Origin: Eledone cirrhosa
Lineage: Eukaryota
Direction: 5' to 3'
Assembly: GCA_964016885.1 (NCBI GenBank)
Contig: OZ024740.1
Span: 72,850,001-72,914,000 of the forward strand
Length of the DNA stretch: 64,000 nucleotides
Both the position numbers and the translations under genes were made by a program. The notes under the pieces were generated by a model. That model worked only from the letters and a program-made list of their open reading frames with translations. It was not told where the DNA came from and made no database searches. Shown one piece after another: positions 14,961 to 29,544 of the stretch (positions within the stretch are counted from its first letter, which is position 1; every line of letters begins with the position of its first letter).

Positions 14961-15000
14961 TATTTAGATACATAATACATATATATATATATACGTATAC

Positions 15001-15046
<46 letters not shown>

Positions 15047-15440
15047 CATAATACATACATAATATACATATATACATGTTTATATGTGTATGCAAATATT
15101 TACATACACACACACACGCACACACACACATACACATATATACATATGCTTATGTACATATAAAAATTGTATATAAATACAGACATATGCACATACATAC
15201 ACATATTTATATATATATATATATATATTTAAATATATATATATATGCATATATACATGTATATACATATATATATATATGTCTCTGTGCATGTATGTAT
15301 GTATGTGTATATATATGTATGTATATGTGTGCACATATATATATATAAATATATACATATATTCATGCGTATATATGTATGCACATATTTGCACACACAC
15401 ACTCACATATATAAATATATATATATGCATATATACGTGC

Positions 15441-15500
<60 letters not shown>

Positions 15501-15957
15501 ATGTATGTATGTATGTATGTATGTATGCACGCGTGTGTGCATGTGTGGATATATCTTAATGGACCGCGCATTAAACGATTGAGTAGAACACACCTCAATT
15601 TGGTGAACTTTTAAAGAAGCCCTTTTCGTTTCGTTGTTTTTTAGATGTACCCGCATCCTTAATAAGCCTATCCAGGGGAGATAAAAATATCAGACTAAAA
15701 AACAAAAACTATGTACAACTACAAGAAAATACTGGCCTTTTTTTGAAGACATACTGAGTTGTACAGCATTAAACATTGAGACAAGAAATCTTATCGTGAC
15801 CCCTGACGTATATAAACATAACACAAGTCATCTCGACGTGAGCGCCAAATGCATGCATATATGTATATGGTAAGTTTATATGTAACTACAGTTCATCGGT
15901 TAAAGTATTGAATGCTGTTAAAAGGGCCCGCCTAGTGTGGAGTATATTTATGGTGTA

Positions 15958-16016
<59 letters not shown>

Positions 16017-16654
16017 CCTCTCTCTCCCCCTCTCTCTCTCTCCACACATATTATAGAAATATACACTCACACATACACACACAAAAATGACACCGTGAGA
16101 TCAGGATATTTTTGAATGAACTCAAATGATAATTTGTGTGTGTCTGTATGTGTTTGGTTGTGCGCCTATATACACCCCCCCCCCCACAAACACACACACA
16201 TGCACACACATACATGCACACACACACCTATATATATATATATATATATATATATAACATTTATGTTATGTTGTTTACCAATGAGTTATTCCAGTTAGTA
16301 AATGATGATGCAATAGTTTAAAGCACTCAACGTTATGCAGATAATACATCGTAGATGTGGTATCTCTAAGGCCGGGCTGGAAACTTTCCTCATCCGATCA
16401 TGATGCAAGACTTAAACGATTTCATCAGGTGTTGATTGCAGAATTAGCTATATAAGACAACAGGGCAACAGTGAACACAAACAGAATAGAAAATAGAGGA
16501 TAGATTTGGTTCCGTAATGGCTTGCCAATTTAGGGTTATTATAACATATTAGTATCTACTTGTATATGGTAGGGCCAATAACGCGGTTAGAATTCCATGT
16601 AGTACGGAAGTAAAAATCCCAACAAGATCAGGTGATGAGTTTTTTGTTTTTGTG

Positions 16655-16832
16655 GTCGGATACGGTAGAGGGTCGGACGTCATGCTTTGACGCATAGAAT
16701 TACGGCCCTTTCCATTCTGAGTTCAAATCCCTCCGAGGTCAACTTTACCTTTCATCCTTACGGGGTCGATAAAATAAAGTACCAATAATGTACTGGGTAA
16801 TTGCTGGCCTTGTGCCAAAAGTAGAAACAATT
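16655..16832 (+). mobile_element. tRNA-derived SINE
   Basis: Same family as 1397-1570. Confidence 0.85.
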
Positions 16833-16869
16833 ATATTACATTTTATCGAGCATTCAAACGAGCTACAGA

Positions 16870-16968
<99 letters not shown>

Positions 16969-17736
16969 AAATATATAGGTTGAACAATATAGGTTGAATA
17001 TATGTAAATATAATATAGGTTGAACAATATAGGTGGAAACAAAAGAGGCGAGATTTAGCGCTTAATCAGTTCAGTGTTTTACGATCATTTGTGGGTAGTA
17101 TTTATATTATTCTTATACCTTACAGAAACCCCCCGGTGAAGAACTGCACTGGTAATAATGGTCATATCAATTTATTAAAATGGTTAGATTTATTCTTCAG
17201 TTCAGAAACTGCAAACAAATTGTAGTCGGGGATTTTGGGTCAGGCTTCCTATATTTAGGTTCCTATATTTAGGTTCCTATATTTAGGTTCCTAGGGAAAG
17301 ATGCTTCTTTAGAGTACTTTACTGGGATCAACCCTTCGCTGATTTTGTATAAGATACTCTCCATATATATTTGCTTCTCTGAATAAAATCTTTTCATTGA
17401 GATGTTATGTATATTAGTGATAATTTTATTATATATATATATATAATTTGAAATTCTCCTCAATAGAGTTTCTTTTACACAATCAAGCGGCCACCAAGAA
17501 GCTGACCTTTCATAGATAAGTTTCCATTGTGAATGGGATTTCGAGTCGCCAATATGTTTAAGATTTTGACATATCTAACAGCCATGTGCTTATTCTCAAA
17601 GACATAGGAAATAATAGTTATAAATAGCCTGCTGCCAGAGTCAATTCCAGTAGTCAATTCCAGAGTCAATTCTAGAGCCCATATCGACTAGCTAAGATGC
17701 AGTGTTCAACTGTCTCACTCACCGACCCAATTCGAA

Positions 17737-17770
<34 letters not shown>

Positions 17771-18212
17771 GCTCTTTCTCTCTCTCTCACTTTGCAACCC
17801 CCCTCTCTCTCACTTTGCACCCCTCTCTCTCTATTGACCTTTCTCTCTTTCTCGGTCAGACCAGCGAATTCATTATTGTAAATACATTTTTAATAATACT
17901 ATTGCAAGTAAACACGTCTACACATCACACCTGATACATAACATCACACAATTCAACTGTAGTTATTTGTTCTTCGTGTATTGTCGTTATAAGTTCAACA
18001 AAAGTTATATTTAATAAATTATTAACATAGTGGCTCTCTCTTATTGCGGTTTATATATTTCATTATCTATGTGATCAGGGTAAATCGTTTACACAAGGAA
18101 TCATTACATCACTATCATCAGAATGAACACTGTAACTCATTTAGTTGCACACACGCAATCTCTGATCCCACTATATCAGGCATATCAGTCTTCCCTCATC
18201 TACACTCTACAC

Positions 18213-18532
18213 CAGGGGTTCTCAATCTTTTTTTCGCCGTGGACCACCAAAATAAGTAATTTTTTCCTTTTAAATCTTTTGTAATAGAACTGCTACTTAT
18301 AAGCATCAGTAGATGTTTTTTTCAATGAATTAGAAAATGCTATTATCATGTCGCAGTGCCTAAAAATCTACGCAAATAAACAGCTGAAGTCGTACTTATG
18401 CGAAGAATAAGAACAGCGCTTTAAGTCAAATGCATGGATCAAAAAAGAATTTGCTATTGAAAATTTTCTGTGGACCACCCTTTTTTCCTGTGGACCACTA
18501 GTGGTCCATATGGACCAGGTTGAGAACCCCCG
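18213..18532. mobile_element. hAT (Charlie-like) MITE
   Basis: TIRs CAGGGGTTCTCAA / TTGAGAACCCCCG; perfect 8-bp TSD CTCTACAC (18205-18212, 18533-18540). Confidence 0.9.
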
Positions 18533-18821
18533 CTCTACACAACAGTGACGACACAACTGAACAATCCACAAGTGAGTACACACACAACAACCGAATCAAT
18601 ACCGCAACACCACCAAACATCCTTGCATAAGACCTGCTATATTATTATTTTACTCTTTTACCTGTTCCAGTCATCCGGCTGAGGCCATGCTGGGGCACCG
18701 CCCTTAAAAACTCTTTCCCAAGCGGGGAAATATATAGTTTAAGAATAAACAAAACAAACACACAGATGGACAGATAGACAGATAGACAGACAGACAGACA
18801 AATAGATAGAGAGACAAATAG

Positions 18822-18910
18822 ATATATTTCTTTATTTGCCACAAGGGCGCACAAGAAAAGGGGACAATATAGGACATATGCCGGGGATTTTACATACAAT
18901 CGGGTAATAG
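18822..18910 (-). mobile_element. 3' end of Tx1-like LINE in a (GATA/GACA)n tract
   Basis: Reverse complement matches the 3' UTR at 41815-41890. Confidence 0.75.
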
Positions 18911-18946
18911 ATAGGCAGACAGACAAATAGATAGATAGATAAATAT

Positions 18947-19031
<85 letters not shown>

Positions 19032-19087
19032 GAGAGGTATAGAGATTGTTTTAGCAAGAAGCTAACGGCATTCTATAACATATATGC

Positions 19088-19142
<55 letters not shown>

Positions 19143-19824
19143 AAAGAATAGAGGTGTAACACACGAGTTATGATATATTGGTAAAAGGAAAAGAAAATGC
19201 TGACAAAATGTTCCCAGTGAAAATAGTTTAATTAGGAATAAGTAAAACTTAGTAATAGTATTGGTTAGTATTCAGTTTTGGTTTTAAGTTTTACCGGTTG
19301 CGCATTTCTAATGCTTTTCAAAAATAATTTTGAGATAGAGCGCCCGTGATGTTTGCTCTAATCAGATTAGAGCAGTATTAATTTGTACGTTTACAGCCCA
19401 TCTGGGCGTGAAATTTGCGGACTAGTTAGCTCGTCGGAAAGACACTTGGATGGTATTTGTTTTGGCTCTCTGAGCCTTGAGTTCAAATGCCACCGAGATC
19501 ATCTTTATCTCTCGTTCTTTCGAGGTCGATAAATCAAGTACCAATGCAGTACTTGGGTCGATTCTTCCCCAATTTTATCTAGATGAAATTGATTATACTC
19601 GGCATGGGGAAGGACTGGTTCCTCTAAGTTTAAATGTCAAAGACACACCGTATGTCATTGCCAGGAAGAAGTCCCTGCGACACCATAAATAGTTCAGGGG
19701 CATTTTTTAACTACGCAAGAATTTATGTATTTGTATGTACGCATGCGTGAACATTAACTAATTGACACAAGCAAAGAGAAATAATAAAGACTGAGAGAGA
19801 GAAGGAGAGAGAGTAATGGTTGCA

Positions 19825-19892
<68 letters not shown>

Positions 19893-20250
19893 TGTGTGTG
19901 GATGTTTGTGTGTGAGTGTGTGTGGATGTTTGTGTGGTTTGTGTGTTTTGTGTGTTTTTGTGTTGTGCATGCGTGCTTGTGTGTTTGTGTGTGTGTGTTT
20001 GTGTGTTAGTGTGTGTGTGTGCATCTGTGTGTTTGTGTGTGTGTGTTTGTGTGTGCATCTGTGTGTGAGTGTGTGTGTGTGTGCATCTGTGTGTTTGTGT
20101 GTGTGTGTGTTTGTGTGTGCATCTGTGTGTTTGTGTGTGAGTGTGGTTTGTGTATGTGTGTGTGTCTGAATCAGTGACGATTCAGCTGTAGAGCTGACGG
20201 CAACAACAGACATGAAAAGAAAGAACGAAAGGTGTGTAAATAGATAATAA

Positions 20251-20307
<57 letters not shown>

Positions 20308-21239
20308 CCGCCTAAAGTTGTCTTACACCCTCCCACCTCCTACTTAACCATTCATAGATATTTCTAGTCACTCCTACTTACACATAAATACAGCGACAGG
20401 CCAGGGAGCATCGCTATGTGGTCGATCAATACACCTGCTAGATATAACAGTCAAATCTCTCTCATCGCATTATAAAACACGAGACGATCACGGTTAAAAT
20501 ACCTTTGATAATAGGTCTGCTTAGTTACATAAATACTGCAGCAGACCTGAGAACATCGCTGTGTGGTCGAGCGATGGATATGCTAGAAATAGCAGCCAAA
20601 TCTTTCTCATCGCATTATAAAACACGAGACGATCACGCTTGGAACGTCTTTGATGATAGGTCTATTTAGTCATAGCTGATTTGCGGGAGAGGACACTAAT
20701 AAAAACATCGCTCAATCTACAGAAAAACAACAACAACAGCCAAATGTCCCTCAAATTGACATCCTAACATCTTAAAATTAGACATATGAATGCTTTTGCG
20801 GTCTTGTCCGCGGGGCACAGCTCCATTACCACCACGCCCTGGACCCCTTCTCCCCCCCCCCTCCCCTCCTCTCTATATTCTTCTGTGACATTAGAGCCCT
20901 TGCCTTTCCCTTCTTTTCCCGTTTTTTTAAAAATATATTTTCTTATTTTTCATTCCATTCTTTCTTCTCAATCTATTTTTTTCTATTTCTATTAAATTGT
21001 TTTATCATATGACCCTCAGGTCCAGCCAGGGTGAAGCAATGTGACAAGGCTGCCACTTTGAAATACAGGTGCAATACAGTCGACGGAGTTCCATACAATT
21101 TCTCTTCAACCTATTTTACTCACAAAACTATTATATATAAAAAATGTACTGAAGATGCTAGGCCGTCGGATCGAACTGTGGGTCTCATAATTGCAAAACG
21201 AACATCTTAAGCACTTGGTCCTGCCTACGTTTACATACT

Positions 21240-21279
<40 letters not shown>

Positions 21280-21316
21280 AACGTATACGTAGGTAGCAAC
21301 TCTCCCATAACACATA

Positions 21317-21612
21317 CACACACAAATACACGGACATGCACACACAGATCCATACACATACACAAATGCACGCACATGCACACACAGATCCATACACATA
21401 CACAAATGCACGCACATGCATACACAGATCCATACACATACACAAATGCACGCACATGCACACACAGTTCCATACACATACACAAATGCACGCACATGCA
21501 CACACAGGTCCACACACATACACAAATGCACGCACATGCACACAGTTCCATGCACATACACAAATGCACGCACATGCACACACAGGTCCACACACATACA
21601 CAAATGCACGCA
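21317..21612. repeat. Minisatellite, 40-bp unit (~7 copies)
   Basis: CATGCACACACAGATCCATACACATACACAAATGCACGCA repeated. Confidence 0.9.
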
Positions 21613-21699
21613 GACAAACGGAGAGTCAACGCGGCTAGGGAGGGACCTCTAAACGGTCAGACGACCTGCTCTAGCATTTGTGAATATTTGGGTGTTATA

Positions 21700-21970
21700 G
21701 ATGTGTGTGTTTGTGTGTGTGTGTATTTGCACGGTTGTATGTGTTTGTTTGTGTGTGTGTGTATTTGCACGTTTGTATGTGTTTGTGTGTGTGTGTATTT
21801 GTGACGTTTGTATGTGTTTGTGTGTGTGTGTGTGTGTATTTGCAGGGTTGTATGTGTTTGTGTGTGTGTGTATTTGCAGGGTTGTATGTGTTTGTGTGTG
21901 TGTGTATTTGCACGGTTGTATGTGTTTGTGTGTGTGTGTATTTGCAGGGTTGTATGTGTTTGTGTGTGTT
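21700..21970. repeat. (TG)-derived minisatellite, ~32-bp unit
   Basis: GTATTTGCA(C/G)GGTTGTATGTGTTTGTGTGTGT repeated. Confidence 0.85.
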
Positions 21971-22164
21971 TAGGTAAATGTTTGGGCTAAAATAAGCCTA
22001 TGATTTAATATGCAAGCCTATGAACAAAGTTGTTCCAGCAGTGACTCGCTTTCTTTATTATTTACAATCCTCGCTGTGAAAATTTAAGCAAATAAGAAAA
22101 ACACTTATTCTTTTTGTATATAGAAAATTATAAATGATTTATTGCCTTTACACAATGTAACCAC

Positions 22165-22720
22165 AAACCAGTACACCACCACTGCCTCCACAACCACTAC
22201 AAGACCACCACCACCACCAACACCACTACCACCACTACCACCACCACTGCCTCCACGACCACCACCACCACGACGACCACTACCACTACCACCACCACCA
22301 CTACTACCACCACTACCACCACCACAACCACCACCACCACCGCCACCACACCACCACCACCACCACCACCACCACACCACACCACCACCACACCACCACC
22401 ACCACCACCACCATCGCCACCACACCACCACCACCACCACCACACCACCACACCACCACCACCACCACCACGCCACCGCACCACCACACCACCACCACCA
22501 CCACCACCACCACCGCCACCACCACCACCACCACCACCACCGCCACCACCACACCACCACCACCACCACCACCGCCACCACACCACCACCACCACCACAC
22601 CACACCACCACACCACCACCACCACCACCACACCACCACACCACCACCACCACCACCACGCCACCGCCACCACACCACCACCACCACCACCACCGCCACC
22701 ACCACACCACCACCACCACC
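22165..22720. repeat. Degenerate (CCA)n microsatellite
   Basis: Direct reading. Confidence 0.95.
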
Positions 22721-23004
22721 ACTAACTCTATATGTATATATCATACCACTGCCTGTTTCTCTATATATGTCAGACACACACTACTGTATACTACCACATT
22801 CCCCCTCCTACTTCTATATTATCCACTAACCTCACAATTATTCAGGGAGTCTTCCCAGCTCTCAGCTCTTCATTGTATTGTATCTACCTTCTCCTCTCCC
22901 TCCCTCCCTCCCTCTTCTTTTCAAACTTCCTTCCAATCGTCAATCTTCTCTCCTCCGTCACCGTTGCCCCCCCTCCTCACCTCACTAATATTTCTTTCTT
23001 TCTG

Positions 23005-23091
<87 letters not shown>

Positions 23092-23137
23092 CTATACATA
23101 TATATCTATATCTATATATGTATCTCTCTCTCTATAT

Positions 23138-23172
<35 letters not shown>

Positions 23173-23174
<2 letters not shown>

Positions 23175-23325
23175 ACAAAGGAATTGTGGTAAGGAACCAG
23201 ATGGACCATAACGCACCGGAGTACTCAATACTTAGGGTAGTAGAGTGGGAAATAGGAAAAGGTATGAAAAGTCCAGAAATAGCCGTCGAAACGGCTTGAG
23301 CTCTGCCGTCGGGGTCATACCTTTT

Positions 23326-23329
<4 letters not shown>
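23173..23329. mobile_element. Family B inverted pair
   Basis: Same family as 7644-7833. Confidence 0.75.
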
Positions 23330-23358
<29 letters not shown>

Positions 23359-23360
<2 letters not shown>

Positions 23361-23701
23361 GATATTAAACAAATGGAAACTATATTTATAAAACCATATT
23401 TATTTTATTATACATATTTCGGGGATACCATATTAAAAATATGGCATGCCTTCTTCAGATAAAATACAATATATAAACAGTTTTATAAATAATTTTGTTT
23501 ATATATTGTATTTTATCTGAAGAAGGCATGCCATATTTTTAATATGGTATCCCCAAAATATGTATAATGAAATAAATATGGTTTTATAAATATAGTTTCC
23601 ATTTGTTTAATATCGTATATCTACTCCAAAACTTGTCGAGTGCTTTATATCAGTTATAAAATATTTACTTGTTGTAACCCAACAATTTTAAATAAAACTT
23701 T

Positions 23702-23704
<3 letters not shown>
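23359..23704. mobile_element. PLE-like inverted pair, family E
   Basis: Arms 23359-23479 and 23496-23616 are near-perfect reverse complements; the right arm has an extra tail; (TA)n on both sides. Confidence 0.8.
23401..23466 (-). ncRNA. Type I hammerhead ribozyme
   Basis: tattttat-CTGAAGA-[aggcatgccatatttttaatatggtatcccc]-GAAATATGTATA/ataaaata; helix I 8 bp. The mirror copy on + (23509-23574) has GAAA mutated to AAAA. Confidence 0.7.
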
Positions 23705-23739
<35 letters not shown>

Positions 23740-24249
23740 TTAAAACAAAAACAATAACGAAGAGTGCAGTACAAACTGTTATGTATGTATATATGTATAT
23801 GTATAGCTATATCTATATCTATATATATATATATACATATACATATATGCATATACACATACACACGTGTGCACACACTCGCATATAGAATTTTTTCTCC
23901 GCCTCCGCCTCACACATCACTTAACAAACTCCGTCATCTCTCTCTATCTCACAGTCTCCCTCTCCTCCTCCCTTTTATCCCTTCCTTTACTGACAGATGC
24001 GCGTTCGCGCATCACTATAGGCTGCTATTTACCGCCATTGCAATCTCGTTGCCTCGCTGAACAACTTCTTTACTCAAAGCAGACGACATCTAAATCACTT
24101 CTCTATCTGGCAGTGATTATTATACAATTTGTGGCTAGTCACATTAGCTCATTGCTGACAGGCACCACCACAAATACAAACATACTTAAGCTGGCGTGTG
24201 AGTGTGTGTGTGAGGTGAAGTGTATGTATGTGCTTGTGTATGATGTTCG

Positions 24250-24797
<548 letters not shown>

Positions 24798-24807
24798 TAT
24801 ATATATA

Positions 24808-24936
<129 letters not shown>

Positions 24937-25191
24937 TTTACCTTTATATATATATATATACAGGAACATTATACACAAGCACACACATACACACATACAT
25001 TTCACCTCACACAGGCACTCACACGCCAGCTTAAGTATGTTTATATATATATATATTATATATATATATATATATATACATATATATACAAAAATTGATT
25101 CCACTTCATTTACTCTCATCTCGGGAACAGTTTTGGATAGCGCTAGTTCGTAATTTAAATTCAAGAATTTTATATTCTTCGAATGAAAAGA

Positions 25192-25275
25192 ACCTTCTGA
25201 CGAGAATCTTTCTTTACAACGAAGGCCGTATGGTCTCCGTTTATTTTTGAGATTCGAAACCGATTCGGTAAAGGT
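25192..25275 (+). ncRNA. Type I hammerhead ribozyme (canonical core) within element 25088-25345
   Basis: acctt-CTGACGA-gaatctt...gagattc-GAAAC-CGATTCG-GTA/aaggt; helix I 5 bp, helix II 7 bp closed by G-C, helix III ACCG/CGGT. Confidence 0.82.
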
Positions 25276-25387
25276 AACTATAGTAAGTAAAGTCAATTTT
25301 TTAAAATTTATTTTGAAACTTTTTCATTATTTGCTAAACCTGATTATATATATGTATATATATTTATATATATAATATATATATATA

Positions 25388-25859
25388 TTATAAAATAACA
25401 GGAGGCTGGACTGGTGTAAATCCTTGAAAGGTTTATTATACCATGGTCATTTCAATGACCGGTTTCAGTATGTATCCGGTGACATCATCAGGTATTCAAA
25501 ATATAATCAAAACTCGAGGGCGGCCGACTGAGGTAGAAGCTGCTAAATGGTCGGTCGTCCTCTTGTCTCTGATTTTCAGCCCCATGGATTTTATCTGTTA
25601 TATTCCTTTGTTATATTTTGAATACCTGATGTCACTGGATTCATACTGAACCCGGTCATTGAAATGATCATAGTATAATAAACCTTTCAAAGATTTACAC
25701 CAGTCCAGTCTCCTGTTATTTTATAATTAACTCCGTACTCGCACCACCAACTACACAAACGAAGACGGGTGAGTTGCATTACGTTGAGTGCTATCCATAA
25801 TATTACATCAAGATTGACCATACGGAATGACCAGTTCTATCCAGTGGTGAACCAACAAA

Positions 25860-25862
<3 letters not shown>
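25388..25862. mobile_element. PLE-like inverted pair, family A
   Basis: 25388-25507 is the reverse complement of ~25611-25727. Variant HHR-like motif CTGATGA...GAAAC-CG-GTC on the minus strand at 25450-25500; long tail on the right. Confidence 0.72.
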
Positions 25863-25907
<45 letters not shown>

Positions 25908-25911
<4 letters not shown>

Positions 25912-26070
25912 GGAGGTGAGTTTTATTGTAGCACAATAAAGCAAGGCAAATATCGGATAAGTAGCACTCTACAGTTTGTAGGACTGGAGTATAAATAATA
26001 TAAGATCAAAAGATGGTTAAAAGAGTTCCAAGTATTTTATTATGCGCATTTCAAAAACAAATATCATCAT
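25908..26070 (-). mobile_element. Truncated copy of family H (see 52511-52935)
   Basis: High identity to 52511-52672; breaks in HHR helix II. Confidence 0.75.
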
Positions 26071-26185
26071 GAGATGACATCTGCGTTTCCACCACTAGAT
26101 ATGTAACGTCTACATTGAATATATATGACGTATGTCTTCGAATATCCTCCATGTAGACATTTTGGCTGCGAAGAAAACTGGCTTT

Positions 26186-26270
<85 letters not shown>

Positions 26271-27283
26271 CACACACACACACACATACTCATACATACT
26301 CTCACACAAACACACACATACTCATACATACTCTCACACACACACACACACATACACATACATACTCTCTCTCTCACACACACACACACACAAACATGCT
26401 CATACATACTCACACACATATACATATATTCATATATGCATGCACACACATGCACTCACACGTATACATATGCACATACGAAGGTATCAAGTCACTTTCA
26501 AATTTGGTTTGTAATGTTTTGGGTTTAGACGCCTTGCTGGTGACTATGCTCAAGAAAAATAAATAAATAAAAACAACATCAACAACAATAACAATAACAA
26601 CAGTAGAAGCATCATCATCATTATCAGCAGCAAGAGAACGGCGATATTCGTCTGTAAACTTTATACCTATATTTATCTACATTTAAATATCAGAATCTTG
26701 TGCAGTACTATACGATGGTAGTTCCATACTAGTTTACGTTAAATTGTAAATGTCTTACGTACATACATACATACAAACATACATACATACATACATACTT
26801 ACATACATACATGCATACATACATACTTACATACTTACATACATACATACATGCATACATACATACATGCATACATACATACATACATACATACATACAT
26901 ACATACTTACATACATAGTTAGGAAATTACAAGTATAATCCGTTAATGGAACAGTAAAAATATGTAAAACATTTCAAACATTTTGCATCTAATAACTGCA
27001 TATACACATGTACAAATACAAAGCATATACACATGTACAGATACAAAGCATATACACATGCACACATACAACTCAAAACATACACATCCACACATACAAT
27101 AACAACAATATCTACACATGCATGCATACATAATCTACCTAGTTGATGTTGTGTAAATTACAATGAGAGAGTCTTGTGTCTATGTTAGAAACCGACTCTC
27201 TCTCTCTATTGGGAACAAAATTGTGAAATTATAAAACCAGAAGAACATACATACATAGATACGTACATACATACGTACATACA

Positions 27284-27603
27284 TGGTGGCTGCCAACTCG
27301 TTTTCGAGTACGGCCACTACTTTATATCCATGTAGGAGAACCCCTACCGATGCGCTGAACGAGTGTGACTTTTTAGTCCAGCCAGCGACTTGAAAACTCT
27401 GGTACAAACACTACACTTGTGACAATTATTGACACATAGTGCTGGGCCCATGGTACCATGTGATGACAAGTGCAGAGAGATCTCCAGATATAAAGCAATG
27501 CCTGTGCCGTGAAGCTTTTATAGTGAGCAAAGGCACTGCACAAGGCCAGTCCCACTCTCTTAACCAAGATGATATTTACCAAAAAGAAGAACAAGTCAAC
27601 ATC
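27284..27603 (-). mobile_element. RTE derivative, 3' half, in (CATA)n
   Basis: Reverse complement of 8978-9298. Confidence 0.8.
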
Positions 27604-27789
27604 ATACATACATACATACATACATACATACATACATACATACATACATACATACATACGTACTTACATACATACATGCATGCATACATACATACATGCA
27701 TGCATACATACATATATACATACATAAATACATACATGCATACATACATACATATATGCGTACAAACTTATATGTATGTGTGTGTGTGT

Positions 27790-27985
27790 GTGAAGGCGTA
27801 TGGCTTAGTGGTTAGAGCGTTGAGCTCACAATCGTATGAGTTCGAATCCCGGACCGGGCGGTTTGTTGTGTTCATGAGCATAATACTTTATCTCACGTTG
27901 CTCCAGTTTACTCAGCTGTAGAACTGGGTTGCAATTTCACTGGTGCCAAGCTGTATCAGTCATTACCTTTCTCTTGGACAACATC
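27790..27985 (+). mobile_element. tRNA-derived SINE (second family)
   Basis: A box TGGCTTAGTGG, B box GAGTTCGAATCC. Related minus-strand copies at ~11505-11620 and ~49090-49250. Confidence 0.7.
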
Positions 27986-28460
27986 AGTTGGGGTCAACTC
28001 CTAGGTCTCCTGCCGGTTGGTTTTGTCTGTAAAATCTGTCCAGCAATTATTTCCTCCATCACCAGAATTTCAATGAGAACAAAAAGCTGCAAGTGTCAAA
28101 CGTGCAGATGTGTTTTACTCTCTAAAGCTGGATATTCCAATCATTGTAAGACCAACAGCTCACCGAGTCCTCCCTCTTAGACCGGATGAGACAATATCTG
28201 TGATGTGCAAATATTTGTAAGTCAATTTCTGGTCTAAAACGACTTATGGCATAACGATCATCTTCCACAAACAGAACTAATTGACTCACTGATAAATACG
28301 GCATTTATATGTCACCTTTGCTTCAAATCATGTAGATCTGCAGCACGAGTGAAAAGCCATTTCAGAGATCATAGGCGGAAAGATACTGATGGTGGTGGAT
28401 TTGAAGGATTGCAAAAAAAAACAGCAATCATCTGGGAAGAGGGAGCAATCAGTATGTACG

Positions 28461-28494
<34 letters not shown>

Positions 28495-28561
28495 TGTATG
28501 TATGTATGTATGTATGTATGTATGTATGTATGTATGGATGGATGGATGGATGGATGTATGT

Positions 28562-29540
28562 TACATGTTACCAGTAGCACTCAAGAGTTGCATGGTCGGT
28601 TCGTCGGCGACTAAACCGGAAACCCCACCAAGTTTACTTGGTGAGGAGGGTGATTTTGGACACCCTGCAGGACAAAAAACAAAACCTGACAAATGGCGGA
28701 AGAACTCATAAGAGTCAACGGCCATCCAAAAGTGTGTAAATATGTATATATACACATGTACTGCGCGGTTAAACTACTGGGAGTGAAAGACCTCTAGCCT
28801 TTGTCAGGGCATTCTTCTAGGAGAAGGCAACTCAGGAAACTGGGATAACTCCGATATAAAACCTGCGGCTCAGTAGTTACCGATGATGTTGATCTTTTCT
28901 TCTTTTCGGGTTATAGCTACTGTCGCTCAGAGAGTGGGATTGGCTCAGTGCACAGTCTTTCCTCACTTTAAAAATATTCGTCACGCACAGGCATTGCACG
29001 ATAGAATTAATTAATAATTATTAATAATGGTATATCATGCAATGGCCATACTCGATAACGAGGGGGCAGCCATCATATATGTATGTATGTCAACGGCCAT
29101 CCCAAAATGTGTAAAGATGTATATACATGTGTATGTATGTATATATGTATATATGTATATACATGTATACATATGTATATATATATGCGCGGGGACATAG
29201 AAATAATCGGGCTGGATCCCCGATAGCGCGGTTAAACCATTGGGAGTGAAGGACCCCTTGCATTTGTCAGGGCATTCTTCTAGGAAAAGGCATCTCAGGA
29301 AACTGGGATGATTCCGACATAAAACCTGCGGCTCAGTAGTTACCGATGATGTTGATCCTTTCTTCTTTTCGGGTTATAGCTACTGTCACTCAGAGAGTGG
29401 GATTGGCTCAGTGCATAGTCTTCCCTCACTTAAAAAAAAATGTTCACGCACAGGCATTGCACGATAGCATTAATTGATAATTATTAATAATGTTATATCG
29501 TGCAATAGCCATACTCGATATCGAGGGGGCAGCCATCATG
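28562..29540 (+). mobile_element. Two tandem diverged relatives of the RTE derivative
   Basis: Shares GGCGACTAAAC, CTAGGAGAAGG, GAGAGTGGGA and GGCCATACTCGA..GGCAGCCATC with 8691-9298; 28712-29075 is repeated at 29090-29540. Confidence 0.7.
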
Positions 29541-29544
29541 TATG

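Noticed and set aside
22105-23299. Pro/His/Thr-rich 385-aa ORF
   Set aside because: (CCA)n repeat running into (CA)n and (TA)n; no domain or splice support.
27790-27862. tRNA gene
   Set aside because: A/B boxes are present but the cloverleaf is incomplete and continues into a SINE body.
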